Source: Bacillota bacterium (GTDB lineage Bacteria; Bacillota; Desulfotomaculia; Desulfotomaculales; Desulfocucumaceae). From it: a stretch of 64,000 nt of DNA. The stretch's first letter is position 1. Every line of letters starts with the position of its first letter. Both the position numbers and the translations under genes were made by a program. Location: positions 5,120-69,119 of the forward strand of contig JBMOPB010000013.1 in the NCBI GenBank assembly GCA_049325055.1, given 5' to 3'. The notes beneath the pieces are model-generated. The model was not told the origin of the DNA and made no database searches. It saw only the letters and a list, made by a program, of their open reading frames with translations. Below, piece after piece: positions 27,114-36,439 of the stretch.

Positions 27114-28106
27114 TTGAATAAAGATAGAAAAACCCCGCCTGGCATTTCATCCTTCCGTCCCCGATTAATCATTGCAAGCATAGTTATAATGATAATTGCG
27201 GCAGGCGCCATTATTGGATTCGCATGGTCCGGGAAAACAGTCGCGCTGGTGGATGATGGAAAAGAAGTTGCAATAAAAACCAGGGCTGCCGATGTAAAAG
27301 AGTTTCTTGAACAGCAAAAGGTGGTCCTGGGGCCCCATGACAAGGTAATCCCGGAACCGGGTGAAAAACTGGCTGAGGGGTCCCGTGTGGTCATAAAAAG
27401 GGCGCACAGGATTACACTGCTGGCGGACAGTGAAAAAACCGATTTTTATTCCACCGGTGAAACTGTGGGGGATGTTCTGAAGGAAAAAAATGTGGCGCTG
27501 GGCGGTGAAGACATCGTCAAACCCGGGGCCGGCGAAAAGATTTCAGGGGACACCGAGATTAGCATAGTAAGGGTTACCACGGAAACCGAGACGGAAACAG
27601 TGACCGTTGCGTGCGATACCCGGCGGGTGCCCAATCCCGATATGGCCAGGGGAATCAGCAGGACAATAAGCTGGGGGCAGGACGGAAAAGAGGTTCTGAC
27701 CTGGAAGGTTACCTACCATGACGGGCAGGAAGTCAGCCGCGGCCTTGTAAACAGGGAAATAGTATCGCAGCCGGTGGATAAGGTTGTGGAAGTGGGCTCG
27801 GCCCAGTCGGTCTCCAGGGGAGGGGAGTCAATCAGGTTCAGGGAGGCCATGGATGTGGTTGCCACGGCCTATACTTACACAGGTTACAATACTGCCAGCG
27901 GCACGGCGCCGGGATATGGCACCGTGGCGGTGGACCCGTCGGTGATACCTTTTGGCACAAGGATGTATATAGACGGCTATGGATACGGCACAGCCCTTGA
28001 CAGGGGATCGGCCATAAGAGGAAACCGCATTGACGTATTCCTGGAGTCCGAGGCCGAGGCAAACAGGTGGGGTGTAAGGCGGGTAAGGGTTTATATAATC
28101 GATTGA
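27114..28106 (+). CDS. yabE: YabE-like cell-wall protein (DUF348 / G5 / 3D domains)
   Basis: ORF 26985-28106. TTG 27114 lies 5 nt after AGGGGGAG. N-terminal TM segment. C-terminal 3D-domain motifs (ATAYTYTG..TASG..VAVDPSVIPFGT..DRG). Synteny after tatD. Confidence 0.85.
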   Translation: MNKDRKTPPGISSFRPRLIIASIVIMIIAAGAIIGFAWSGKTVALVDDGKEVAIKTRAADVKEFLEQQKVVLGPHDKVIPEPGEKLAEGSRVVIKRAHRITLLADSEKTDFYSTGETVGDVLKEKNVALGGEDIVKPGAGEKISGDTEISIVRVTTETETETVTVACDTRRVPNPDMARGISRTISWGQDGKEVLTWKVTYHDGQEVSRGLVNREIVSQPVDKVVEVGSAQSVSRGGESIRFREAMDVVATAYTYTGYNTASGTAPGYGTVAVDPSVIPFGTRMYIDGYGYGTALDRGSAIRGNRIDVFLESEAEANRWGVRRVRVYIID

Positions 28107-28111
28107 GCATA

Positions 28112-28139
28112 AAGAGGGGTAAAGCCCTCTTATTTTTTT
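28112..28139 (+). terminator. Rho-independent terminator after yabE
   Basis: Stem AAGAGGG/CCCTCTT followed by ATTTTTTT. Confidence 0.65.
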
Positions 28140-28335
28140 CAATTCAGTGTCCGGAAGTCAACAAAATAGTAATTTTAATTGCCGGGGTTTTGTGGTTAAA
28201 ATATTTAAAACAGATAGAATGTTGGTATATAGTTAGAATAATAATAACTCCAGGCGGGAACTGCCTGTGGTAAATTATGTATATTATAATTCTGGAGCAT
28301 TAAATTCAGCATAAAGTATTTTTGCCGGAGGAATT

Positions 28336-29211
28336 ATGACTGATGTTGCAGCGCCGTCGGCGGTCAGGGATTTGCTTGAAAAATACAGCTTCCGCTGCCG
28401 GAAAAGTATGGGGCAAAATTTCTTGGTGGACGCCAATATAGTAAACAAAATAGTATCTTCCGCTTCCCTGGACAAGGATGACGTTGTGGTTGAAATAGGG
28501 CCCGGGCTGGGTGTAATAACCAGGGCAGCGGCCACGATGGCCAAAAAAGTGATTTCAGTGGAACTGGACAGGAATTTGCTTCCCATCCTGGAAGAAACTC
28601 TACAGGGGACGGGAAACGTCAGCATTGTGCCCGGTGACGCCATGGAGGTCGATCTGGATGATATAGTAAAAACCCATGCCGGGCACAGCGGGCGGTACAA
28701 ACTTATTGCAAACCTGCCTTACTACATAACCACGCCTTTGATAATGCGTCTTCTCAGAAGCGGGTTTAATATTTCCTCATTGGTCATAATGATGCAGCTT
28801 GAAGTGGCCGAAAGGATTGCGGCCTTACCCGGCGGTAAGGATTACGGGGCCCTTACCGTGGCGGTGCAGTATTATACCGAGGTCCGCTACCTGTTCAGGG
28901 TTCCAAATACTGTTTTCATTCCCCGGCCGGATGTTGATTCCGCCGTGGTAAGGCTTGATAAAAGGTCCAGGCCGGCCGTGGAGACACCTGATGAAGATCT
29001 TTTTTTTAAAACTGTCAGGGGTTCCTTCGGGCAGAGGAGGAAAACGCTGTTAAACGCCCTTGGATCGGCTTTTCCCCATATAGCCCGCGATGGGCTGAAG
29101 GCGTTGCTGGAAAAGGCGGGAATCGATCCCTCCCGCCGGGGAGAGACGCTGGACATTGAGGAATTCGCTGCCGTCACCCGTGAGCTGCACGGCTGCATGG
29201 GGCACTCTTGA
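28336..29211 (+). CDS. rsmA: 16S rRNA (adenine1518/1519-N6)-dimethyltransferase
   Basis: 291 aa. GQNFLVD. SAM motif VVEIGPGLGVIT. NLPYYITTP. Confidence 0.95.
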   Translation: MTDVAAPSAVRDLLEKYSFRCRKSMGQNFLVDANIVNKIVSSASLDKDDVVVEIGPGLGVITRAAATMAKKVISVELDRNLLPILEETLQGTGNVSIVPGDAMEVDLDDIVKTHAGHSGRYKLIANLPYYITTPLIMRLLRSGFNISSLVIMMQLEVAERIAALPGGKDYGALTVAVQYYTEVRYLFRVPNTVFIPRPDVDSAVVRLDKRSRPAVETPDEDLFFKTVRGSFGQRRKTLLNALGSAFPHIARDGLKALLEKAGIDPSRRGETLDIEEFAAVTRELHGCMGHS

Positions 29212-29240
29212 GCATAAGCCCCGGCCTGAACGAAAAGGTG

Positions 29241-29717
29241 ATGTTTATGTACTTCAACAGCCCCACCAGGGGTAAAATGTCATTCAATGAAATGATGGCC
29301 GACATTACCGGGTTTATTACCGGAATCCCCACATCATCCTACAAGGTGATAATCGGGTCGGACTCCCAGGTAAGGTCCGAAACCTGTTTTATCACTGCCG
29401 TTGTGGTGCACCGGCTGGGTAAAGGGGCACGCTATTATTACAGGAAAAAAGTTCAGAGGAAAATAAAAAGCCTGCGACAGAAAATATTTTATGAGACAGC
29501 CCTGAGCCTGGAGGTAGGCAGCATGATAGCAAACTACCTGGCGGGAAGCGGCCTGGACGACCTGGAGGTTGAAATCCACATCGATGTGGGCAGGCAGGGG
29601 GAGACCAGGGATTTGATCCGGGAAGTTGTGGGAATGGTCACCGGCAGCGGGTTTCAGGCAAAAATAAAGCCGGAGGCTTATGCCGCCTCCAGTGTGGCAG
29701 ACAAGCACACAAAATGA
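29241..29717 (+). CDS. YkuK-like RNase H-fold protein (DUF458)
   Basis: ORF 29208-29717. The IIGSDSQ motif and overall length resemble the YkuK family. The start (29241 or 29247) is uncertain. Confidence 0.6.
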   Translation: MFMYFNSPTRGKMSFNEMMADITGFITGIPTSSYKVIIGSDSQVRSETCFITAVVVHRLGKGARYYYRKKVQRKIKSLRQKIFYETALSLEVGSMIANYLAGSGLDDLEVEIHIDVGRQGETRDLIREVVGMVTGSGFQAKIKPEAYAASSVADKHTK

Positions 29718-29737
29718 TTAATCTTTTTATAAGCCCG

Positions 29738-29762
29738 ACGCCCGGTAGAGGGCGTTTTTTTC
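29738..29762 (+). terminator. Rho-independent terminator
   Basis: Stem ACGCCC/GGGCGT followed by T8. Confidence 0.65.
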
Positions 29763-29826
29763 TTCCAGTAACACCCTTGGTGTTATTGCCATAATATGAA
29801 AAAAAGCCAAAAAGGGGGTATCACAG

Positions 29827-30693
29827 TTGACTGCTATCAAAGAAGGCGACATAGTGACCAGGAATTCCTACGGAAATGATATATTCTTTAAAGTTGTCAA
29901 ATTCATTGAGATAAACGGCAGCACTTACGCCCGTCTGAAGGGGTTGGATTTAAGGCTTGAGGCCACAGCCCCGCTGGATGATCTCACAAAGGTCGACAAG
30001 GTCCATGTGTCCCAATACTGGCATAAAGCCCAGCTGCAAAACATGGAAAAAATGAAGCATATATTCGTTCGCAGGGACGAGTACCGGAAACACGCCCTGG
30101 GCAGGACAACCAAAAGCAACCACAATGAGGTGGAAGGCTTCGACATGCCCGGAACCCTGGTTCACCTTGACGGCGACAAGGAGTACCTGGATATGTGCAT
30201 GACCAGTTACAAGCAGCTAAACATAGACTGTCACGGGTACCACATCGACGAGGAGAAGCAGGCCGAGAAGGTAATCGACCTGTTGACGGAACACCGTCCC
30301 GACATGCTGGTGCTTACCGGTCATGACGGACTTGTCAAGGGGGCAAAGGAGGCGGATTACAGGGACATAAAAAAGTACCATAACTCACAGCATTTTGTGA
30401 ATGCTGTGAGGGCTGCCAGACTTTATGAAAAGAGCCTTGACGACCTGATCATATTTGCCGGGGCGTGCCAGTCGCATTACGAGGCGCTACTGGCGGCCGG
30501 GGCCAATTTTGCCAGTTCCCCCAAAAGGGTTCTGATCAATGCCTACGACCCCGTGTTTGTGGTGGAAAAAGTAGCTTATACGTCCATATACGACCCAGTC
30601 CCCCTTAAGGATGTCATCGCCAGTACCATCACAGGTTTTGACGGAATCGGAGGCGTTGAAAGACCCGGGGTGTATTCCGTAAAATGCAGCTGA
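29827..30693 (+). CDS. yabG: Sporulation-specific cysteine peptidase YabG
   Basis: 288 aa. Colinear similarity to recalled B. subtilis YabG (GDIV.R.SY..D..F..., HLDGD..YL, RPD.LV.TGHD, HS.HFV). Follows rsmA as in Bacillus. Confidence 0.88.
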   Translation: MTAIKEGDIVTRNSYGNDIFFKVVKFIEINGSTYARLKGLDLRLEATAPLDDLTKVDKVHVSQYWHKAQLQNMEKMKHIFVRRDEYRKHALGRTTKSNHNEVEGFDMPGTLVHLDGDKEYLDMCMTSYKQLNIDCHGYHIDEEKQAEKVIDLLTEHRPDMLVLTGHDGLVKGAKEADYRDIKKYHNSQHFVNAVRAARLYEKSLDDLIIFAGACQSHYEALLAAGANFASSPKRVLINAYDPVFVVEKVAYTSIYDPVPLKDVIASTITGFDGIGGVERPGVYSVKCS

Positions 30694-30760
30694 ATCGGTA
30701 TTAAAAAAATATAACAGGGTTAAAATACAGGTATTGTTATTAATAATCAGGAGGATATTC

Positions 30761-30958
30761 ATGCAAGGAAAAGTAAAGTGGTTTAACCCCGGCAAAGGAT
30801 ACGGCTTCATTGAGTCCGATGACGGCACCGATGTTTTTGTCCATTATTCCGCCATCCGGGAAGACGGATTTAAAACCCTAAACGAGGGTCAGCCGGTGGA
30901 GTTTGATGTAGTTTCCGGAAAACGGGGCCCGCAAGCAGATAATGTCTATAAAATCTGA
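30761..30958 (+). CDS. Cold-shock protein (CspA family)
   Basis: ORF 30734-30958. ATG 30761 after AGGAGG. RNP1 KGYGFI and RNP2 VFVHY motifs. Confidence 0.93.
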   Translation: MQGKVKWFNPGKGYGFIESDDGTDVFVHYSAIREDGFKTLNEGQPVEFDVVSGKRGPQADNVYKI

Positions 30959-30960
30959 AG

Positions 30961-30990
30961 AAAACTCCGGTTAATCCGGAGTTTTTCTTT
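30961..30990 (+). terminator. Rho-independent terminator after csp
   Basis: Stem AAAACTCCGG/CCGGAGTTTT with a T-run. Confidence 0.7.
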
Positions 30991-31175
30991 GCGGGGTTGA
31001 GACGTGATACCGTCCGAAGGGGCGGCAGCCCCTTTTGTTTGTAATACGGCTGAGCACAGTGAAGCAAGACGGCCCCCGGGGGACAGAATACTGGTTAATT
31101 GGGCAAAATGGTAAAATATGGTTATTGACATCACGTGTTATCATGACCGTAAAAAAGCGGTGAGAAGGTGGAATA

Positions 31176-31430
31176 ATGTTAAAGAGGTTCTTATTTTTTA
31201 CCGGAGCCCTGACAATTTTTATTCTGGGGGCTTACACCCAGGATGCTTTCAGGATAACGCCGGCGGTTACAGCGTTGTTTCGCACGATGAAAGTTATGGC
31301 GTGGGATTTGTACGCCACTTTTTTAGCCCGGCATCTGGCCGAGATCAATACCGTTTCAGCCTTTGTGGCACTGGGCGGCTTTTCCGCCCTGCTGTATTTC
31401 AGGTTTCTGTCCAGAGCGGGGAAGATGTAA
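31176..31430 (+). CDS. Small membrane protein, unknown function
   Basis: 84 aa. Two hydrophobic segments. GAAGGTGG RBS before the ATG. Confidence 0.45.
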   Translation: MLKRFLFFTGALTIFILGAYTQDAFRITPAVTALFRTMKVMAWDLYATFLARHLAEINTVSAFVALGGFSALLYFRFLSRAGKM

Positions 31431-31647
31431 GGAAGCCGACATTGCAAAATCCCGAAAAGAGGCAGTGCAGGCCCGAACGGACGTAAAAAGAGAGACGGAG
31501 GATACATGAGGCCCTTTTATCCGGTTGCCCCGGACAACTGACCACTGGGGGGAATAACGTTGAAAAATTCCGGCAGCGGATATATATTTATCGCTATATA
31601 TCGTCGATACCGGATTACTGGTATCGTTTATGCCGTGGAGGGCCGCC

Positions 31648-32571
31648 ATGCTTGACAACCAGCTTTATATATTTATCACCGTGGCAGAGAAAAAGAATTT
31701 TTCCCGGGCCGGGGAGTTTCTGAACATGACCCAGCCGGCAATAAGCCAGCACATACATTCGCTGGAAGAATACTACGGGGCAAAGCTCTTTGAGCGTTCC
31801 AGCAAAAAAGTGGACCTTACCCAGGCCGGTATGGTCCTGTATAAGTATGCCCAGGAAATCTTAAGCCTGCACAAGGTGGCCAAAAGGGCGGTGGCCGACC
31901 TGGTGGATATGGTAACCGGAAAGCTGACCATCGGGGCCAGCCTTACCATCGGTGAATATGTTTTGCCCAAACTGCTGGCAAATTTTGCAAAAAAGTATCC
32001 TGATGTGGATTTATCCGTCAGGGTGGGCAATACCGAGCTGATTCACGAGCTTACCAGGGAGGGCACCATAGATGTGGGGCTGATAGAAGGTGTGGTGGAA
32101 GACTCCCAGCTGCAGGTTAAAGCGTTTCTGCAGGATGAGCTGGTTTTGGTTGCCCCGTCGCTGCACCCGCTGGCCAAAAGGACTTACGTTACCGGGGATG
32201 ATCTGAAGGAGTGCTTTTTTGTCATCAGGGAAGAGGGATCAGGCACCAGGCTGGCCGTTGAAGATTTTTTTGAGAAGGCGGGCTTCAGGCCGGAAAAGGT
32301 AATCACCCTTGGAAGCACCCAGGCCATTAAGGAGGCCGTGGAATCCGGACTGGGGATAACCATACTGTCAAAATGGAGCCTGCGCAAGGAACTGGCCCTG
32401 GGCAGCCTAAAGCCACTGAGGATTAAAGGTCTTGATATTCCCCGCTGGTTTTTCCTGGTCCAGCATAAGGATAAGTTTAAATCCAGGGCCTGCGACGAGT
32501 TTAACAAGTTTATTACCGGGGAGGATTTACACCAGGTACTGTCAGAAAAGCATGTCTGGAAGGCAGTGTAA
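31648..32571 (+). CDS. LysR-family transcriptional regulator
   Basis: ORF 31630-32571. N-terminal wHTH (FSRAGEFLNMTQPAISQHI). LysR substrate-binding domain. Confidence 0.9.
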   Translation: MLDNQLYIFITVAEKKNFSRAGEFLNMTQPAISQHIHSLEEYYGAKLFERSSKKVDLTQAGMVLYKYAQEILSLHKVAKRAVADLVDMVTGKLTIGASLTIGEYVLPKLLANFAKKYPDVDLSVRVGNTELIHELTREGTIDVGLIEGVVEDSQLQVKAFLQDELVLVAPSLHPLAKRTYVTGDDLKECFFVIREEGSGTRLAVEDFFEKAGFRPEKVITLGSTQAIKEAVESGLGITILSKWSLRKELALGSLKPLRIKGLDIPRWFFLVQHKDKFKSRACDEFNKFITGEDLHQVLSEKHVWKAV

Positions 32572-32583
32572 TTAGACTACAAA

Positions 32584-32623
32584 CGGTCGGCGGCGAACAC
32601 TTTCGCCGCCGTTCTTTTTTTTT
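32584..32623 (+). terminator. Rho-independent terminator after the LysR gene
   Basis: Stem GGCGGCGAA/TTCGCCGCC followed by a T10 tract. Confidence 0.75.
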
Positions 32624-32902
32624 CGCCCCAAAATATATTTGAAAAAGGATTCAGTTTTTGCTGTCAGCATCAGGACCGGGGTTTGGGGATTCTTTTGAGA
32701 GGCTTGCGGCTTTTTTTCCAGGGTCCGGCTTGCACCTGCCGCTAGCGGATCGGCTACCTGCATTTAAGAATTTCCGCAGGGCTGACTCGATGCGCTCTTT
32801 CCGCTTTTCCCCGGCTCCGAAGATCTTAATCACCAACAATGTTCTCTCACCCCTGAAAAATGATTATTCGTATGTTGCCGGAGAAATTACAGGAGGGTGA
32901 CT

Positions 32903-34468
32903 ATGAAGGTGGCGGTTTACTGCAGGGTATCCACCGACGACCAGGCGGATGCCAGGACAATAGAGAACCAGGTGGATTTTGCCCGTAGGTATTGCCAGTT
33001 GCACGGGCTGTCAATATACGATTTCTACCTTGACGAGGGGGTGAGCGGGGCAGTGCCGGTGGAAGGCCGGCCGGAAGGCTCCAGGCTCATTGCTGACGCC
33101 CTGCAGGGGCACTTCGGGGCGGTTTACGTGTACCGCCTTGACAGGCTGGCAAGGACAGCCCTGGATATACTCAAGACTCACCAGAAACTGGATGAAGCAG
33201 GAGTGGCCCTGAAAAGCATGACCGAGAGCTTTGATACCTCCACCCCCAGCGGAAAGTTTTTTATGACCACTTTGGGGGGTATAGCTGAAATAGAAAGGGA
33301 GACCATTGCAGAGAGGATGCGGGTGGGCAAGGAAAGGGCCCTCAGAGAAGGGCGCTGGCCCGGAGGTCCGCCTCCCTACGGCTATTCCCTGGAGAATAAA
33401 AGACTGGTGGTTAACCGGGAAGAGTCCGAAACCGTTAAGCTGATATTCAAACTATATACAAGCGGCAAAAAGAGTACGGCGGTCATAGCCGACTACCTCA
33501 ACGCCCTGGGGGTCCCCCCTCCGGCAGACTCGGGAAAAACTGGCCCGGGAATGCGGGGGCGGTGGCATGGCGGCAGGGTCTGGAGCATACTGTCAAAATC
33601 TGCCTACTGCGGGAAATTTCTTTTCGGCAGTAAAGGAAGGAAGAGGCCGGTCGAAATTTACTGCCCGCCCGTTGTTTCTTTGGAGGAGTGGGAGGCCGCC
33701 CGGGAGGCCCGCAAAAAGAATCTTATTTATGCCGGGCGTAACTGCAGGCGTGAGTACCTTCTAAAAGGACTGGTCAGGTGCGGTATCTGTGGCCGCAAGT
33801 ATTTGGGCGACGGGTCCGGCCGCGAGGGGAGGCACTGTTATTACAGGTGTGCCGGCAGCACCTCATTCAGGGGCGGCGCTGAAAAGTGCGTTTCCAGGTC
33901 GGTAAGGGCGGATATTCTAGAAAAAATAGTTTGGGATGATGTGTGCCGGTATATTTTAAGCTGCCCGCAACCAAAGGCACTGGTGGGGGAAATGCGGGGC
34001 CTCTTCACTGTGGGGGATCCGGGGCAGTGGGAAGAAAAAGAGCTGGCTGTCATTGAAAAAAAGGTCAGGTCCAAGGAAAGAGAGAGAAAAAAAATTATCG
34101 GCCTTTTCAGGAGGGGGATTATATCCGAGGAAGATGTAAGGGATCAGATCTGTGATATTAACCGTCAAATGGAGGCGTTGGATCTGAGAGCGGCGGAAAT
34201 CCGCCAAAAGCCAGGGAGCAGCCTTAACCGGGGAGACCACCGGGAATGGGTGAGAGAGAGGCTTTTATCATGTTCAATACATGAAAGGAGAGAACTGATA
34301 AGGGATCTGGTCAGCCAGATAATTGTTGATATTGTGATTCACGGGGGCAAAAATGTTCCAAGAGTCTCCATATCATACGTTTTCGAAGGATTTCCGGATT
34401 GCGCCCTGCATGTTGAAACACGCGGGAAATACAGGCTGGGTGTGCCTAAATCCCCTTACTCCCCGTAA
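32903..34468 (+). CDS. Large serine recombinase (resolvase catalytic domain + recombinase domain + zinc ribbon + coiled coil)
   Basis: ORF 32897-34468. Catalytic motif VYCRVSTDDQ. YRLDRLAR. GGPPPYGY recombinase-domain motif. Cys cluster CGICG..YYRC..KC. Charged coiled-coil segment. Confidence 0.9.
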   Translation: MKVAVYCRVSTDDQADARTIENQVDFARRYCQLHGLSIYDFYLDEGVSGAVPVEGRPEGSRLIADALQGHFGAVYVYRLDRLARTALDILKTHQKLDEAGVALKSMTESFDTSTPSGKFFMTTLGGIAEIERETIAERMRVGKERALREGRWPGGPPPYGYSLENKRLVVNREESETVKLIFKLYTSGKKSTAVIADYLNALGVPPPADSGKTGPGMRGRWHGGRVWSILSKSAYCGKFLFGSKGRKRPVEIYCPPVVSLEEWEAAREARKKNLIYAGRNCRREYLLKGLVRCGICGRKYLGDGSGREGRHCYYRCAGSTSFRGGAEKCVSRSVRADILEKIVWDDVCRYILSCPQPKALVGEMRGLFTVGDPGQWEEKELAVIEKKVRSKERERKKIIGLFRRGIISEEDVRDQICDINRQMEALDLRAAEIRQKPGSSLNRGDHREWVRERLLSCSIHERRELIRDLVSQIIVDIVIHGGKNVPRVSISYVFEGFPDCALHVETRGKYRLGVPKSPYSP

Positions 34469-34574
34469 AGACCTTGCGCGGTGTTGTGCCGGGGTGCGCC
34501 CTCCTTGACCCGGTTGGAACCCTTTCCACGCCGGCTGAATAAAATGGCAGGAGGTGCGGCAAGGGGGGGTTTTT

Positions 34575-35582
34575 ATGGAAAGAAGTCTGCGTACTTTGAA
34601 AAGGACCAGGGATTTTTTTCTAAATAAAAAGAACGTTATCGGCGTTGGGGTGGGGATGAAGCAGGTTGGACTCGAGCGCACGCAACAGCCGTCCATTATA
34701 GTTTTTGTTGAGAAAAAGGTTGGCATGGAAGAGTTAAAAAGGGATCAGGTCATTCCCGCTCAGATTGGCGGAGTTGCTACAGATGTCATAGAAATGGGCA
34801 GGGTTCGCCTGCTTGACGGGAGGACCGGAAAAGCCAGACCCGCCCGCCCGGGTATGAGCATAGGGCATTACAAGATTTCCGCCGGCACTTTCGGCGCTGT
34901 GGTGAGGGACGTTAAAAACGGTGAGCTTTTGATTCTCAGTAATAATCATATTCTGGCCAACGCCACAGACGGAAAAGACCGGAGGGCGGCGCCGGGGGAC
35001 TCTGTTCTGCAGCCCGGGCCGTATGACGGGGGCACAGAAGGGGATAAAATTGCTGAGCTGTTAAGATTCTGGCCTCTCATTAGAGCCGAAAAGCAGGCCG
35101 ACTGCCCGGTAGCCGCCGGCGCCGCCCGGGTGGGCAGCAAACTGGTTCATATTTTCAGGCACGATTATGACCTTCGTTTCGTAAAGCGCAATCAGGGAAG
35201 CAACATAATAGATGCGGCGCTGGCCAGGCCGGTTTCGCGGGATTTGATCGCATCCGAAATTCTGGATCTGGGGCGGCCCGAGGGTACCGCCGTGGCTGCG
35301 GTAAATGACCGGGTTATAAAGAGTGGCCGCAGTTCCGGTAAAACCGGAGGTGCTGTTACAGCTATCGGAGTTACCCTTCGGGTTGACCTGAATGACAATG
35401 AAGTGGGTATGTTTTCCGACCAGGTTGTTTCAGATATGGTCTCAAAGGGAGGAGACAGCGGCTCATTGGTTCTGAATGAAAATATGAGTGCCGTGGGCCT
35501 TCTTTTTGCGGGTTCTGAAAAATTCACCATATTCAACGACCTTGGCAATGTATTTCGATTGCTGGGGGTAGATCTGGCTTGA
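34575..35582 (+). CDS. Chymotrypsin-fold serine peptidase-like protein, no signal peptide
   Basis: ORF 34554-35582. Candidate triad His (LSNNHILAN), Asp (NIIDAALA) and Ser (GGDSGSLV). No N-terminal hydrophobic segment. Confidence 0.6.
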   Translation: MERSLRTLKRTRDFFLNKKNVIGVGVGMKQVGLERTQQPSIIVFVEKKVGMEELKRDQVIPAQIGGVATDVIEMGRVRLLDGRTGKARPARPGMSIGHYKISAGTFGAVVRDVKNGELLILSNNHILANATDGKDRRAAPGDSVLQPGPYDGGTEGDKIAELLRFWPLIRAEKQADCPVAAGAARVGSKLVHIFRHDYDLRFVKRNQGSNIIDAALARPVSRDLIASEILDLGRPEGTAVAAVNDRVIKSGRSSGKTGGAVTAIGVTLRVDLNDNEVGMFSDQVVSDMVSKGGDSGSLVLNENMSAVGLLFAGSEKFTIFNDLGNVFRLLGVDLA

Positions 35583-35649
35583 ATTTATATAACCCCTCCC
35601 GGGAGACGGGAGGGGTTTATGCAATTTCTGCCGTTTGGGAGGAGCATTT

Positions 35650-36048
35650 ATGGTTGACAGGCTTCCGGTGCTAAATGCCGGAGAAATTGCCATGGCCCTT
35701 TTGGGGAAGGATATTCCCGCTGTTGGTCCCAGGTTGAAGACAAAGTCCGAAGCCATGCTGGCGGTAAAAAAATATGTCAGTGAAATAGAGGAACTGGTGA
35801 AGTGCTCAGAGGAACCGTACAGGGTCATTTTTTTAAAGCAGCCCGACGGAAGATATACGATGGCGGTTAAAGGTTCCGGGGAGACCCTTGAGCTGCTGCC
35901 CAACTTCGATGAACTGACTGTGAAAAGGTTTCAGAGATTTTTCAAAAAAAAGCTTTTTATTCTGACCACTTTTTTCGAAGAGGACGACCAACTGGAGTGC
36001 CTGGCGCTGACCGAAGGGCTGGGGGCCGTAATGTACGTCCCCTGGTGA
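35650..36048 (+). CDS. Hypothetical protein (132 aa)
   Basis: ORF 35635-36048. ATG 35650 follows GGGAGGAG. No recognisable motif. Confidence 0.45.
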   Translation: MVDRLPVLNAGEIAMALLGKDIPAVGPRLKTKSEAMLAVKKYVSEIEELVKCSEEPYRVIFLKQPDGRYTMAVKGSGETLELLPNFDELTVKRFQRFFKKKLFILTTFFEEDDQLECLALTEGLGAVMYVPW

Positions 36049-36327
36049 ATGGCTTAATATACCATGGCGGCGATATTTTACGGAAATTCTCGCTAAGGGG
36101 CGATGGGTTTCAGCCAGTTGGCCAGCCGGTGAGGCATGGGAAATAACCGGTGTTGAGGCCTAATTTGTTTGTCTGTTAAAGTGTTTACACATATTCCCTG
36201 ATGGTACAAGCCTTTACTTTTTAGTAACAGCCTGCAATCAGAGGGGAATGCTGTTCAAACTTGAAGCCGAATCCCATTAATCAATTAAATGGGTACGGAG
36301 GAACCATTTTTGGGGTGAATCCCGGTT

Positions 36328-36369
36328 GAGAAGTGAGAAGTGGGAAGTTAGACGGCCTCCCACCTCCCA
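36328..36369. repeat. Heptad-periodic repeat (GAGAAGT GAGAAGT GGGAAGT ... CCTCCCA CCTCCCA)
   Basis: Tandem heptamers on both arms. GTGGGA/TCCCAC are complementary. Related to the 10.2 kb element. Confidence 0.55.
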
Positions 36370-36439
36370 AAGGGTAGGTTTTATCTTTTTACCGAACCCG
36401 TCAGCTAACTCCGGAGGCACAAAAAGAAAGGAGTGCTCT

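Noticed and set aside
32651-32900. ORFs 32651-32839 (-) and 32658-32900 (+) upstream of the serine recombinase
   Set aside because: Both are short, low-complexity and mutually overlapping. The minus-strand frame (basic, possible GTG start after a GGGGTGAGAG) is mentioned only as a speculative directionality-factor candidate and is not annotated.
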